A stretch of 63,963 bases of DNA, counting the filler, from Licmophora abbreviata (lineage: Eukaryota): the NCBI GenBank assembly GCA_900291995.1. It is 7 parts of 7 records of this genome, joined end to end, with 100 filler letters (N's around TTAATTAATTAA, not from the genome) between each part and the next. Parts side by side here need not be neighbours in the genome. Positions count along the whole stretch, not along the records: positions 1 to 26,143 come from OLMU01003026.1; 6 more parts are not named here. One strand, written 5' to 3'. A program made the translations under genes and the position numbers. This document shows positions 1 to 12,773 of the stretch, one piece after another. Each line of letters starts with the position of its first letter. Positions within the stretch are counted from its first letter, which is position 1. The notes beneath the pieces are model-generated. The model searched no databases, was not told the DNA's origin, and saw only the letters and a program-made list of their open reading frames with translations.

Positions 1-3000
1 GGGCTCGAGCTGCGGATACTGCAGTCGAGATTGCGGACCTGTACACCGACGCGATGAAGGAGTCAGACGCCTCATCGCACCAGCGCGAGGACCACCGAGC
101 CGAGAAGAAAAAGTGGCTTGAAGAGGCCAAGAAGGACTACACAACTGCCGACAATCTCAAACCACCAGGTATCGATGTTCCGGCGAAACTAGCAGACATG
201 CAGATACAGCTGGGAAACCTGTCAGAGGCGTTAACTTTGATGACCGATCTCAAGAATCGAGGTTCTGCCGCTGAAGAAACGTCTGATGGTCCCAATGTCG
301 AAAGCCGCAGTGCCTTCGCCCGCAGCTACAACGCATGGCTTCTTTACGCCGACCTCATGCTTCGCATCGGACACGAATGTACCCAGTGGAATCGGGGCGT
401 CCAAACAAACGAGAATTATATGTTTCGCAGATGGCTAAGAAAGTACTCAACAATGTTTGACTGGCAGGAACGAAGGCTACATGCCCTTTGTTTAGCTCTT
501 GAAGCGGCTGCTGGCTCAGCCTCTTGTCGGAGACTCGTTCGATGGGCGAAGGGCCGTGTGTTTCGAAACCAAAATGGCGGAAAAGGTAGTTCTGGGTCGA
601 TGTCATGGCACCTGCTGGATAGTTACGAATTACCGGCTGCTGCTCTGAAGGATGAGAACGATGATGATACCGGTGATGACGGCAGACTGCACGGCACTTT
701 GAATCCAGAGGGGGTAGCAACATCTCTGTCGAGTGGTGAGCAAGTTTTGGGGAACGCAAGTGATAGCGGGAGCTCTTGCAAGACCGATGCTGCTGCATTA
801 TCGTTCGAGGCACAAAGAGACGAGCTCGTCGCGTCAAATCGAAACGAACTGACTTTTTTCGATGAGCAGACGACCAAACTGAACGTGGCACCGGAGTCGG
901 ATGCACTCAGGGACCGAAATACGGCACGAGCAGACCTGGTGAAAACCCAGCGGGCATCGGTTTTGAAGCTTGTGGGTGACTTTCAGAGAAGTAAAGTCAA
1001 AACGCAACCTGCCTCGGCGGAGACTGAGAGTCACCCTCTTCCTATTTCAGCTTCATGCTCAACCGTCTGCTCAATAGCGTCGTTGCTCATGAAGCAATGT
1101 CTTGCTCTTGATCTTTATGACGGTAGTCGTCTAGCCGCTGAGTCTGTCTCGTCATACTTCGCAAAGCGCGCCGTGATGCGCGAGCGAAGGCTCGCATCAA
1201 ATCGCACGTTTGAGCAAAAGCAGCAAAGCACTGACGACTCTGTCCTTCTCAGCGCTGAGGTCTACGACGAGGTCTGTACACTTCTGTCTTGCTTGTTGTT
1301 TGGCAGTCTGCGGACGCTATGCTAACATGCGTTGTCTTTCTCGCAGATCGGAAACGCCGGTCTCAGAGAGGGCGATGACGATTCGGAGGTGCACTATTTA
1401 TCCGATGACGAAATGATTGAGCGAAATGGGGATGAAGCTCTCGTGGAGACCCTCCGACGTGGAATTCTCCCACCTGAACTCAGGTTTCTAAATGCGCTCT
1501 CAATGATGGGAGAGGGGGGTCGCGATCATCTTGTGGCTCACTTTATTGGGTCAGTCGTTCACCTACAAGAGGTCGTTACGGAAGAATCGAAGTCTGATCT
1601 CGATGTCGTTCCTGACCCTCACTGGCCTGAATTTCATCGAACACGGACCGAACCGCTGCAAGAGTCCTCGGGATTAGCGTTTGCAGCTGACTTAGTGCAC
1701 AGGATCGGAAAGGAGAAGAAATTCGCGAGCTACGTCGCTCCTCTATTCGATCAATACCTCAAGAAACTGGAGTCATCAGAATACGGTTTGAAGCAGATAT
1801 TGATGTCCTCACCCCAATCCAGGACGCAAGACACGCTTCGGAGAAATCAGATTTCCAAGATTGTGATTTCGGCGGCAAGGATGCAACTTCATTTAGCGCA
1901 GACATCGTCGCAATTGGTAGACACAGACGAGGACGAGGCAGTTTCTCTTGTATTCTTAACTATCGACCGTCTTTCTGCGGTATTGAGCGCTTCGTGGAAA
2001 GTCGAACCGAATGGCTGTGTATCGCCAGCTGGCCTTGCAGTGAGTTCATCCCCCGTGTATTCTGACATGAAATGTAGATCAATTCTCACTCGTCGTTCGT
2101 TACTTTCTTACAGTCACTGACGTTGTTGAACAAGGCCTTTTCACTCCTGTCAGATCGTCTCGCGAGTAGAAGCGTCGGTATTAGCATAGATATTGTTGAT
2201 AGACTGAGGGCGGTGCTCTCGATATTGGTTGGGTACCCAGTTCCTAATGTGCTCGATAATCTCGGAGACGCAATTGATCTATCGAGCTGGACGGATGTAC
2301 CAACGATGGATATCTGGCAGAGTCCTTTAAAACAAGAGATTTCAAAGCGTGTGCACAATTTGGCCATCGGATGCAACGTTACTTGGTTTTCTGGATGGGA
2401 ACGCGACGCGTTCAATCTCAACTTGCTTCGTAGACGGAACGGACGGAATCACTTTGGTATTGACGTGTCGGGCGACCGGGTCATTGGCTACATTGCGCCA
2501 GAGGTGGAAGAGGAACTCGCGAATCAGTGGGATCTCGTCGAGAATCTGCTCCCCGACCTGAAAACCATCGACTTCCGGTCGGCGTTAGCACAAGCTAAAG
2601 AGAAACCTTGGTATGCGGAGGCGAAGGAGGATCTTGACGATGGAGGGGGTCCCGATGCCTTTTTTGGCGAAGCAGACGCTCTATCTTTACTCCTGAACTT
2701 CTCGAGACTGTGCCTTCTATCCCCCAACTGCGTGGACACCAGTATCAGCACGGTCCTTAGCATCCTCCTTCCGATTGTAAGCCTGAGATATCTGACTGAA
2801 TTTGCATTCTATCTCGCTTCACTTACATTGTTGCTTTGCCAATGTCGCCTTCACAGACGCAGTTTGCGACAGACGAGGCCGTGTGGCGCACCACTGCTGG
2901 ACACGAGGCCATATCAGTCGCTGGATTCCAGGAATGGAAGCACATGGCGGAGCGCGTAGGGACCGACGAGTCGCAACTGCTCCGAAGGACTAAACCACCG

Positions 3001-3849
3001 TCCACCAACAAGCGAATAGAGTATGCATCGTTGAAGCAACAGGACTTGCCCTGTTCGCGAGTCAATGTTTCCACCTCCGACTTGCTGGGACTATGGAAGG
3101 AAGGCGTGCTAGGCACAGAAGCGAACGGGATGCTGCTCGAGGAAACCGAAGATGCCATGGAGACCCTGGATACAGCGATGCGAGACCTGCGTGCATGTTT
3201 CACCGACGCTGCGGTGTCGCGGGGAAGCGTCCATGTGGCGGCAGCACTGTTAAACTTGGTCGCGACTGGTCGCCACTGCACCAATCCATTTCTCTGTCTT
3301 CAGCAGGCTGCTATGTTTGCCTCACAAGGAAGCAAAGGTGGTAGCAGTGACGAACCTTTCAAACGTCCTCTACCGATTGAGTCAAAGTGCACACCTCTGG
3401 ATGCTCTAGTTGTTCTTGGTCGTGCTGATTGTCTCCAAGCTCTTCATTTTCCAGACGAAGCAGCTTTTCTTTGTGGCTACGTGGCTCGTGTCTGCCGAAA
3501 GCATCGCAGCGGGCCTGACTGGACATTACGCTGGAAAGCCGTTGGAATCTCGACCTTCAACGTTAGCGTCGAAATTCGTGACACTTCGTCCATCCTCAAT
3601 GCAGTGCAAGTTGAGCCATGGGATCCTGCCGTTGTGGATGAGCTGAAACAACAACGGCGAGACGCGCTCTCCGGTGCGTTTACCAAAAGGATCGAGCGAA
3701 CGATCAACGAGAAAGATCAAGATGAGAATGATGATGGGATAGCGGATCTAGATGGTGTGGAGGATGACGGGGTGTATCACGGCCTTGTCGAAGATCACGA
3801 AGTGAGTTCCTCAGGGGAACACGATAATATTGAAATGGTGCCTGTTTGA
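1..3849 (+). CDS. 5'-truncated multi-exon gene, large helical/TPR-like protein of unknown function
   Basis: ORFs 54-1325, 1332-2120, 2123-2959 and 2836-3849 join in frame through GT-AG introns at about 1272-1346, 2040-2113 and 2777-2856. The reading frame is open from base 1. The segment LADMQIQLGNLSEALTLM looks TPR-like; no family recognised firmly. Confidence 0.6.
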
Positions 3850-3890
3850 TGTTAGGATACAGTAATAAAGAAATCCTAACTATGTTAAGG

Positions 3891-4877
3891 TTACGGGGAG
3901 AACATCGTATTGATCATCGAAGCCGTGTAGTAACAAGATCGCCCGTCAGAACTGGTCCACATAGTACGTCCCGACTGTGCGTTGAAGTGTGGAGTATATC
4001 CATTTGGATCACTGGAATGGTCGGAGATGGCTTCGTCCAAAATGCTCGAATTCTCCTCGAGTTTCTTTCGCAGCTTGGCATTTTCAAGCTCTAGATTCGC
4101 AATACGCTCGTCGTTGGACGAAACCGCTGCGACTGGGGCGACCACACTAACGGGCGTCTCTGCGATCGTCGGCACGGCTTGGGAAACGACGGGCACTCCC
4201 GAGGCCTCACCAGCTTCCAGGATTCCCTCGCCCTTCAACTGTGCCACCCAGTTGTGAACGCGTTGCTCGGTCATTTCTTCCTGATTCACCGCATCCAAGA
4301 GCAAACCACAAAACAAGTCACCGCGAATCGCTTTGGAGTCCTCGTGTTCGTACCCGACCTGAGACGTATATCCAAGCATCTTACCTCCAAGATTCTCAAA
4401 TACATCGTGGAGCTCCCCAGACGCATCGGCATAGTTCTCAGCATACGACACGGAGTCCCCAAGACCAAAGACCGCAACCTTTTTCCCAGCAACGTCCAGG
4501 TCTGCCATTTCGCCATAATAGACCTCGTCCCATCCAGTTCCGGAGCGTTCGGTGTCTGCCCCTGTATTCCACGTAGGAGTTCCGACAACAAGAGCATCAT
4601 ACTTGCTAAACTCAGCAGCTACGCTACCCTGGATACCATCGATTTCAAAGGGTCCTTCGGCGTCGTCTCCAAATTCCGCGCAAATCAATTCGGCAGCTTC
4701 TTCCGTAGATCCCGTGGAGGTGCTGAAAAAGACGCCAATGCTCGCGTCCAGCGCCGTGGGAGAAGAAAGGCTCTGCGCTAATCGGGGATTCACACTGAAG
4801 CCATGAATACTCGTCAGCATCCAGAGCAGGACAGCAGCACTCGGATAGAATTGACGGCTTGTCATCGTCGTCGACAT
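3891..4877 (-). CDS. Plastid-targeted long-chain flavodoxin with a C-terminal extension
   Basis: FMN-binding motifs FFSTSTGSTEEAA, VGTPTWNTG and VAVFGLGDSVSYAENYADA. Signal peptide ends IHG|FSV (ASAFAP-like). Confidence 0.93.
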   Translation of the reverse strand: MSTTMTSRQFYPSAAVLLWMLTSIHGFSVNPRLAQSLSSPTALDASIGVFFSTSTGSTEEAAELICAEFGDDAEGPFEIDGIQGSVAAEFSKYDALVVGTPTWNTGADTERSGTGWDEVYYGEMADLDVAGKKVAVFGLGDSVSYAENYADASGELHDVFENLGGKMLGYTSQVGYEHEDSKAIRGDLFCGLLLDAVNQEEMTEQRVHNWVAQLKGEGILEAGEASGVPVVSQAVPTIAETPVSVVAPVAAVSSNDERIANLELENAKLRKKLEENSSILDEAISDHSSDPNGYTPHFNAQSGRTMWTSSDGRSCYYTASMINTMFSP

Positions 4878-5021
4878 GGTCGTCAGATTGATTCAATTCT
4901 TTTGCGTTCTTTGCAACTTTGCCAGCAGATGTTGTGTCTTTCGCGGTTTTTGTGGTTGGCCTGCAAGCTGATTCCATGTCGCAGTGTGACGTATCCAACA
5001 GTAAAAGATACGTGCGGCTGC

Positions 5022-5066
5022 GCGCCAAAAGAGTCTCGTACACAGGACAGGCCTACGACGTTCAAA
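5022..5066. promoter_or_regulatory. E2F-like site and CHR-like site in the flavodoxin/POLD1 divergent promoter
   Basis: GCGCCAAA (reverse complement TTTGGCGC) at 5022-5029 and TTCAAA (reverse complement TTTGAA) at 5061-5066. Confidence 0.4.
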
Positions 5067-5251
5067 ACCAATTCCAACGTAGGACTTCCCAGTTCCGAAT
5101 TCATAATTCATCGCTCCGCGTCTTTGCTTCCAAAAATTGGCGCACCAAATTTCATCACAATTCGCACTCATCACTTCAGCAATCGAGCATTGCTCCCCTA
5201 CACACAGACTGTCCTTAATCCAGCATTGACAGCATTTCCTTTACTCCTACC

Positions 5252-8200
5252 ATGGCATCGAAACGCGCTTTGACCGGGGTGAGTGATGATGACTCCCCAA
5301 AACGCCTCCGCGGCGGCGGTCCATTCGGAGACGACAACTTTGGTCAAGACCCGACCGAACTCTTCGATGAAGACGTAGACGACGAAGAACAGCTCCTTCC
5401 TCCCGAAGAAATCGACGTTGTCCCTGCAAACGACGATGCAGTCGTCGATATTTCCCAAGAAATGAAGGCCCGTTGGTCGCGCCCTTCTGTCAAGTCCTAC
5501 ACGAACGAGAACGATCTCAATCTTCAGTGGCTTGACATTGACATGATTGGAGGCAAGCCTCTCCAAACGAACCCCAATCCCAAGAAATCAGTGGTGGGGA
5601 GCAAAGAAGGACAAGTTCCCATAATTCGTGTTTATGGCGTCAACGAGGAGGGGAACTCAGTTGCCGTCTACATTCACGGCTTTACGCCTTACGGATACTT
5701 TGCTCTACCTGCGGGATACGAGTTCGACGAGACGAATGAGAATTTAGAGGAGATCCGTAACACCCTCAACGAACGCATCCAGTCGGGCATGCGTCGTTCT
5801 GATGGAAACGCAGTCTTTTGTCTTGGCGTTCAATACATGAAGGACCATCGCAGCATCATGGGATACGACACACCGCACACCAAATTCTTCAAGGTCCTCC
5901 TGGCCATGCCTACCATGGTACCGACCCTCAAGCGCATCATGGAAGAAGGAATCGAGCTTCCAGGAGTACGACCCGCCAGTACTGAAAATTCCGTTGTGTA
6001 TGATGGCAACAACAATGCTGTCTTCCAGCCTTTTGAGTGCAACGTCCCATTTGTCTTGCGATTTATGATTGATCGCGACATTTCTGGAGCTGGATGGCTG
6101 ACGCTTCCCAAAGAAACCTACCGCGTCCGCACCGATGATTCCGATAAGCAGACGCACTGTCAGGTATTTGAAACTGTTGACCGAAGACGGATAAAAACTA
6201 ATGTCGCTGATTGAGTGACCACTTCTAACCATCCTCCCGTTTCTGTTTCTGTACCACCAGCTGGAAGTTGATGTTACGTACAATGAAATCTTACCCCGCG
6301 AATCTGCAGGCGAATGGAACAAAATTGCCCCGCTTCGCGTGCTCTCCTTCGACATTGAGTGTCAGGGACGCAAAGGCCACTTTCCAGAAGCTGAGAAGGA
6401 TCCCGTCATTCAGATTTCAAATGTTGTTAGCGTGTACGGGCAAAGCAAGACGCCTATTGTGCAGGTACGTCGGACGTAATCGGAAACGAACCGCAGTCGA
6501 CTTTAGATGCTGAACCTCACCACTTTTTTGTGTCGACTTGAAGAATGTCTTTACGCTGAAGGGGTGTCTTCCGATTGTCGGAGCACAGATTATTTCCAGC
6601 GAGGAAGAAGCCGACATGCTAATGAAATGGAGGCTGTTCCTAGAGACATGCGACCCAGACATTATTACTGGGTACAATGTTCAGGTATGTTAGTCTGTCT
6701 GGTCAGACACGTCAAATGCAGTCAATTGTTGCTCACGGCTGTGATAACTTGCGGTCGTCGCCGTCGCATGTCTCTCTCTCTTGCTACAGAATTTCGATAT
6801 CCCCTATCTCCTCGACCGAGCCGACGCTCTGGGCAAAAAGCATTCCACTCTCAAGGGATTCCGCCAATGGGGACGCGTCAAGAATTCTCCGGCAAAGATG
6901 AGGGAAACAATGTTTCAGTCGTCGGCGTACGGTCGGCGCGCCAACGTTGAAACAACCATCGAGGGTCGTGTCATTTTCGACATGCTTCCATACATGCAGC
7001 GCAACCACAAACTGAGCTCGTACACGCTGAACAGTGTATGTGCCGAGTTCTTGGGCCAGCAGAAGGAAGATGTCCACCACTCGATCATCTCGGACCTTCA
7101 GAACGGAAGCGATGAGGATCGTCATCGTCTTGCTGTGTACTGCTTGAAAGATGGGTTGCTGCCGCAACGTCTCATGGACAAGCTCAGCGTTCTTGTGAAC
7201 TACATCGAGATGGCACGTGTAACAGGCGTCCCCGTGTCTTTCCTCATTACGCGTGGCCAGCAGATTAAAGTGTTCTCTATGATTCTGCGCAAGTGTCGCG
7301 ACGAGAAACTCTTGGTACCCACGCTGAAGAAGAGTGGGCCCGGCGCTTCGGAGGTGGGCTACGAAGGAGCGACCGTCCTGGACCCGATCAAAAAGTACTA
7401 CGAGGTGCCGATCGCGACGCTGGATTTTGCGTCACTGTATCCTTCCATCATGCAGGCGTACAACTTGTGCTACTCTACATTGGTTAATCCAAAGGATGTC
7501 TCGAAGCTAGATCCCGACCAATACAAGAAGAGCGAGAACGGGAGCGTATTTGTCCACTCTCATGTGAAGAAGGGAATCTTGCCCACAATTCTCGCGGTAG
7601 GTAGCACTCCTCGATTCATTTGACGACTCGGGGAGCGTTTCATTCACTTACTTGTGTATCTCTCCTTGTGTCTAACAGGAATTATTGGCCGCCCGTAAGC
7701 GAGCGAAGAAGGATATGAAGAATGCTCCCACTGAATTCGAACGCACCGTTCAGAATGGCCGACAGCTCGCCCTGAAGGTATCCGCCAACTCTGTTTACGG
7801 ATTCACAGGAGCCGCCGTGGGGCAGCTACCTTGTCTTCCAATTGCCTCTGCTGTGACATCCTATGGTCGTTATTTGTTGGAACGAACCAAGGAGTTCGTC
7901 GAGGACAAGTTCACGGTTGCGCACGGCTACAAACACGACGCCCAAGTAGTCTACGGAGACACAGACTCTGTAATGGTAAAGTTTGGAACTTCCACCGTTG
8001 AAGAGAGTTTTCCATTGGCGATTGAAGCCGCGGAAAAGTGTTCCGCGATCTTTCCGGACCCAATTCTGCTTGAGTTCGAGAAGGTTTACTTCCCATACTT
8101 GTTGATGTACGTCGTTACTTGCTACCGAGGGAGTGTGCTTCCGATAGTTGGACAAATGTCGACTAACCGCTGTCTGTTTGCCGAAATACTCATTCCTCAG

Positions 8201-9128
8201 GAACAAGAAGCGCTACGCTGGTCTCATGTGGACCAACACAGACAAGTACGACTACATGGACACGAAAGGTCTAGAGACAGTTCGTCGGGACAACTGCGCG
8301 TTAGTCCGTGATGTTATCCAAACCTCGCTCGACAAGATCCTCATGGACCAGAACGTTCCTGGAGCGATCGACTACGTCAAGTTACAAATTGCAGATCTCC
8401 TTCAGAACAAGATGGATATATCTCGCTTGGTCATCACAAAGAGTTTAAACAAAGGAGCCGAGTATGCACTCGGGCTCGGCGGGAAAAAGGAGGATTACAA
8501 GATTAAACAAGCACACGTCGAGCTTGCTGCAAGAATGAAGAAGCGCGATGCAGGATCTGCTCCCCAGATGGGAGATCGCGTTCCATACGTGATTATCACT
8601 GCAGCGAAGAACGCAGCGACCTACGAAAAGGCAGAGGACCCCATTTTCGTCCTCGAGAACAACATCCCCATTGACTGCAAGTGGTACCTTACGAACCAAC
8701 TTTCCAAACCTCTCACTCGCATCTTCGAGCCGATCATCGAGGATGTCGAGAAGTCGTTGCTGCAGGGGGATCATACTCGTAAGATCTTCATTCCCACTCC
8801 GTCGGCGAGGAAAGGCAGCCTCACGATGTTCGCTGTTAAAAAGGCGACTTGCCTTGGATGCAAGGCACCGGTAGACTCCAAACAAGGCTACTTGTGCAAG
8901 CACTGCGCTCCTCGGGAAGCCGAGATCTATCTCGACAAGCTCGGCGTCCTTCGCGAGGCGGAGTTACGCTATGCCAACTTGTGGGCAGCCGCGCAGCGCA
9001 TTCACGGGACTGTCCACTCGGACATTATGTGCACTGGTGACGGTTGCGCTTGTCAGTTCTACAGGAGAAAGAAGGTACAGGCAGACATTCGATTGGCACA
9101 AGAGGTGCTGAACAAATTTGGTCGCTAA
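5252..9128 (+). CDS. POLD1: DNA polymerase delta catalytic subunit (6 exons)
   Basis: Exonuclease motifs SFDIEC and GYNVQNFDIPY; polymerase motifs [23 protein letters not shown] and YGDTDS; C-terminal CysA. Introns at about 6164-6260, 6465-6543, 6685-6789, 7597-7678 and 8107-8200. Confidence 0.97.
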
Positions 9129-9367
9129 ATACTACAACGCTAAGTTTCGGACCCGTGGCCGTGAATAAAATAGGAGAGTACTTGGAGATATCGCAATCGC
9201 AATGTCCACTGTTTACATATATCACATGGCGAAGATAACACCTTGGAGTTGTCGGACGAGGCGTGTTGGAGATATCAGATATCGATTTGGCGTGGAGAAG
9301 ACCGCCCTTTCGAATTCTCGTGCGAGGAATCTAACTCAGACCAGCAGACATTATCCGCAGGAAGATC

Positions 9368-10847
9368 TTAGACCTCTTCGATCTGTCCATCGGGGACGAC
9401 CGGATGCTCAAACGACGGAAAGGAAGGTTCGGAATGACCGATAGGAGTGCTCTCGAGGTGGAGCAGAGCAGCGGCAACCGTCTCGCGTAAGAACTCGGGG
9501 GAAGGGTTTAGCGCGTCGTCGACTTCCTGCTCACCCTGGGACCGTGCCATATCGATGGACGATGTATTACGCGGTAAATTCTTACAATCGCGACAGATAC
9601 ACCCGTCTTCATTACAACTCACGCCGTTGGCCAGACAAACGCAGTACTTCTTGAGGCAGCTGGGGGCAGAATGAATACAGCTGTGAGCAACAAAGATTCC
9701 CAGACGCCCAATTTCGAAGGCACGCATGATGCAGCACGACAGATACTCACTGGCTCTTCTTGCACGCACATCCATCCTCCGCGCTCTTTAAACGATGCTG
9801 AAAAGCATCGGGACGTCGTTTGAGAATCAGACGAACAGCTCGTGTGCGCGCTCCGCCTGTGCCTGAGTTCTTAGAGTTGTTGAGGCATTTCTTGCACGAG
9901 CATTTCTTGCTGCACAGGGCACCGCTCTGGAAGCAATCGCAGTACAATTTGATACATCGATTTCGGCCACATCTACAAGTCCTGTCAGGCCAAGTGGGGC
10001 CAGCTGGGAAGATAGTCTTCCCGTGCTTTGCGTTCGACGACAGGCGAATCCGGCTCTTGGTCCGCACATTCGAGCTTTGAGCTGTTTCCGAAGGAAGTTT
10101 CTTCGCCCCCACGTTCGAAGACAGATCAACCAGTGGTGGTCGGATGATGAGAGGCGCCGTCGTCACCACTGCAGGACGATGGTGTTGATGGAAATGGGTC
10201 ATGTCGAGTTTTTGACGTGGCGCGACTACCGCTGGGGTGGTTGCACGCACGACAAACGACGGAACGCTCTTGTGGCTTGTGTTTGTTCCGTGAACCGCTT
10301 CCTGTATCAGAGTCGAGTCGCTAAAGCCCATTCGAAAGGTGAAGATACCGTCACCGGCGCTAAACGGGTTAGTCTGTGAGTGACCACTGGTGGTGGACGG
10401 CGTGAAGAAGTTGTTGATGCCAGAAAAAGCGTCGCTGCTGTGGATGGACCCGGACGGTGGATACGGCGTCTCCATGAGCGGCTGCGTCATAAGTCTTCCA
10501 GGATTGCTGATCTGCATTTGAAGCAGTGGTGGGACGCTAGCATCAGGTGGCATCGGCTTGTTCAAGTCGACGCCAAGCGCAAGGAGCGTCGCATCCTTGG
10601 TAGACTGACCGGTCGGAACAGGATTGGTGTATATCGGCTGTGGGGTGAAGCTCGGTTGGGCACCGAAAACGTGCGTGACGGTGCTTGTAGCGGGAACGAG
10701 CTTGTTGCTGTCGACGGACGGATTCGACGTTTGCACAGCCGAGGCTATGGGAGTTCCCTTCTTTAGCATCGTTAGCTGTGACGGCGAGCCCAGGTTCATA
10801 TCACTGCTACGAGCAATCGGCGTGGGACGCAAGGTCATCATGGTCAT
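9368..10847 (-). CDS. Tesmin/TSO1/LIN54-like tandem CXC (CRC) domain protein; the 5' end probably extends upstream to about 11.1 kb
   Basis: CRCGRNRCIKLYCDCF...CSCKKCLN, linker RPDAF, then CACKKS(H)CLKKYCVC...CICRDCKN after splicing intron 9660-9750. The frame stays open upstream of 10847 (YDKENTP) back to an acceptor near 10950. Confidence 0.88.
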
Positions 10848-11442
10848 GCATCGTGGACTGCCGATCGCACGCGCGTTTGCGCCATCGGTCGGCGTGTTCT
10901 CCTTGTCGTATGAGGCGTTATGATAGGTAGAATACGATGGCTTTAGGATCTGTGAAGTCTGTGAGCTGGGTTCGAGCTTGTCGCAGTTCGTGGGCCGCTT
11001 CTGCGATGAATCATGGTTCTGACCGCTGTTGCGAGGAGTAATCGCGACTCTCTCGCTCCGATGCGGAAATGCGACTTCCCCCTTTTCTGCGTAGAGAGTC
11101 CATGTCTTGTTCCCTTTCGTATTGTCATGTTCGAAAGCTCCTTCATATCCGCCAGCGTCGACTTGGAGACAGTCCTGATGTCTCGTCTCACTAAGTGGTC
11201 TGTGATGCTGAAATGAGAAAATGATGAGAACGATTTGAAAAGGGTCATTACTCCTTAGGTGTGACGGGTCACACTCGGCTAGTGTTGTTCATCTTAAGAA
11301 TGCCGCATGAGCGCTGGAAAAGGTATCCATTTCTCAGTAGAATACAGTATCGAGTTGCGCATGTAGGACGAGTATTGTGTGTACGTAGCTTGGCGTGAGC
11401 TCGAGAGCTCCACAAAGATCGACACGCGTTGGTTGCCACTCA

Positions 11443-11459
11443 TTTCGCGGCGCGCCAAA
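11443..11459. promoter_or_regulatory. Inverted double E2F-like site upstream of the CXC gene
   Basis: TTTCGCGGCGCGCCAAA; a TTTGAA also lies at 11234-11239. Confidence 0.4.
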
Positions 11460-11602
11460 ATGAGCCGTAGTATAGGCCCGCAGTACGGCCCAATACGATG
11501 ATGTTTACACAGAACGCACGGAACTGAACATGGCATTGCTGAACGGCGTTCGTGGTCACAATCTGCTAAATTTCGCCGTTCGGAATGTACGCGAGAGAAT
11601 AG

Positions 11603-12725
11603 ATGGGCGAAGAAAACGAAATAGGGCATGGATTCTCATTGGGGTCGGTATTCTTGTAGCTCAAAGGAGCTCTCCGACGTGTCAAGCCTTCGCATTTTCA
11701 GGGCCGCCGCCCTCCTTAGTCTCGACTAGAGCAAGAAGGTTTTCGGAATTTGGGGTTAGAAGTGGGAGAAGCCGTCTTGCTGGTTTGCCGAATCCTGGAA
11801 ATGATGAAAGGCGGAGAAAGAAGAAGAACAAATACGCCAAGTTCTCCAAGCGTGACAAGCTTGAAAAGGATCCGTTGGAAGCGATGATTGAGGAGTCAGA
11901 GGCCAAAGTTCGGCAGCTGGAGCTTGACAAGAAAAAGAAACGGAATCAAACGGTACTTCTCGACGAAGGAAATCGAAGCGAGAACCGAGAACGGAACGAA
12001 ATTTTGTTTCCCGACACTCGTGAGATCGATCCCTATGACCCATCGACATACGGATACACCGAGCTTGGGACCATCACGGGCGCTCACGGCGTACACGGGC
12101 TTCTCAAAATCACTGCAGTGACTTCATTTCCCGAACGACTTTGCAAACCAGGGCCGCGCCATTTGAAGGCTTCAAATCGAAGATCGCCCCGTCAGATCCA
12201 TCTCTTGGAGGGAAGACATCGGCTCGACGACGAGTACCTGATAAAGTTGGAAGGCATCGGGGACCGAGACGCGGCCATAAAATTGCGAGGGTCGATTCTT
12301 TACGCCCGTCAAGAGGAGCGCCCGAAAGACGTCGCAAAAGATGAGTACCTCGTTCAAGACTTGGTGGGACTCGAGGTCTTTCTCGAAACTGAATGCTGCC
12401 CAGGTAGCAAAGGGGAAGCCGACTTGGGAGAGCGGTTTGTGGGAACCGTCGCAGGCGTTGTCTTGGCCGAGGACGTTTGCGCTATACCCGAGCTTGGCCA
12501 GGATATGCTGGAGATCTGCCTACGCGTGGCGCTGACGGGGTGCCATCGTGGAGAGACGAACTGGTTCTTATTCCCTTAGTTCCTCAGATAGTCCAGCGAG
12601 TCAACCTCGACAAGAGAACAGTCCACATTTCTCCGCCGGAAGGACTCCTAGATCTGCGGTATGTGCGTGAAGAGAAGACCAGAACCAAGGGATTTCTCCC
12701 TCCTGGCCAGGAAGAAGAGGGATAA
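11603..12725 (+). CDS. rimM: Plastid-targeted 16S rRNA maturation factor RimM (apparent frameshifts)
   Basis: LGTITGAHGVHGLLKI, DRDAAIKLRGS and EYLVQDLVGLEV are in one frame; LVLIPLVPQIV...ISPPEGLLDL is in another frame after about 12524. Signal peptide ends CQA|FAF. The start is inferred and needs a second 1-nt correction. Confidence 0.82.
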
Positions 12726-12773
12726 GGAAACAGCATTTTTGGCGTCCCGCTAGATTTGTCATTACTACATTGG

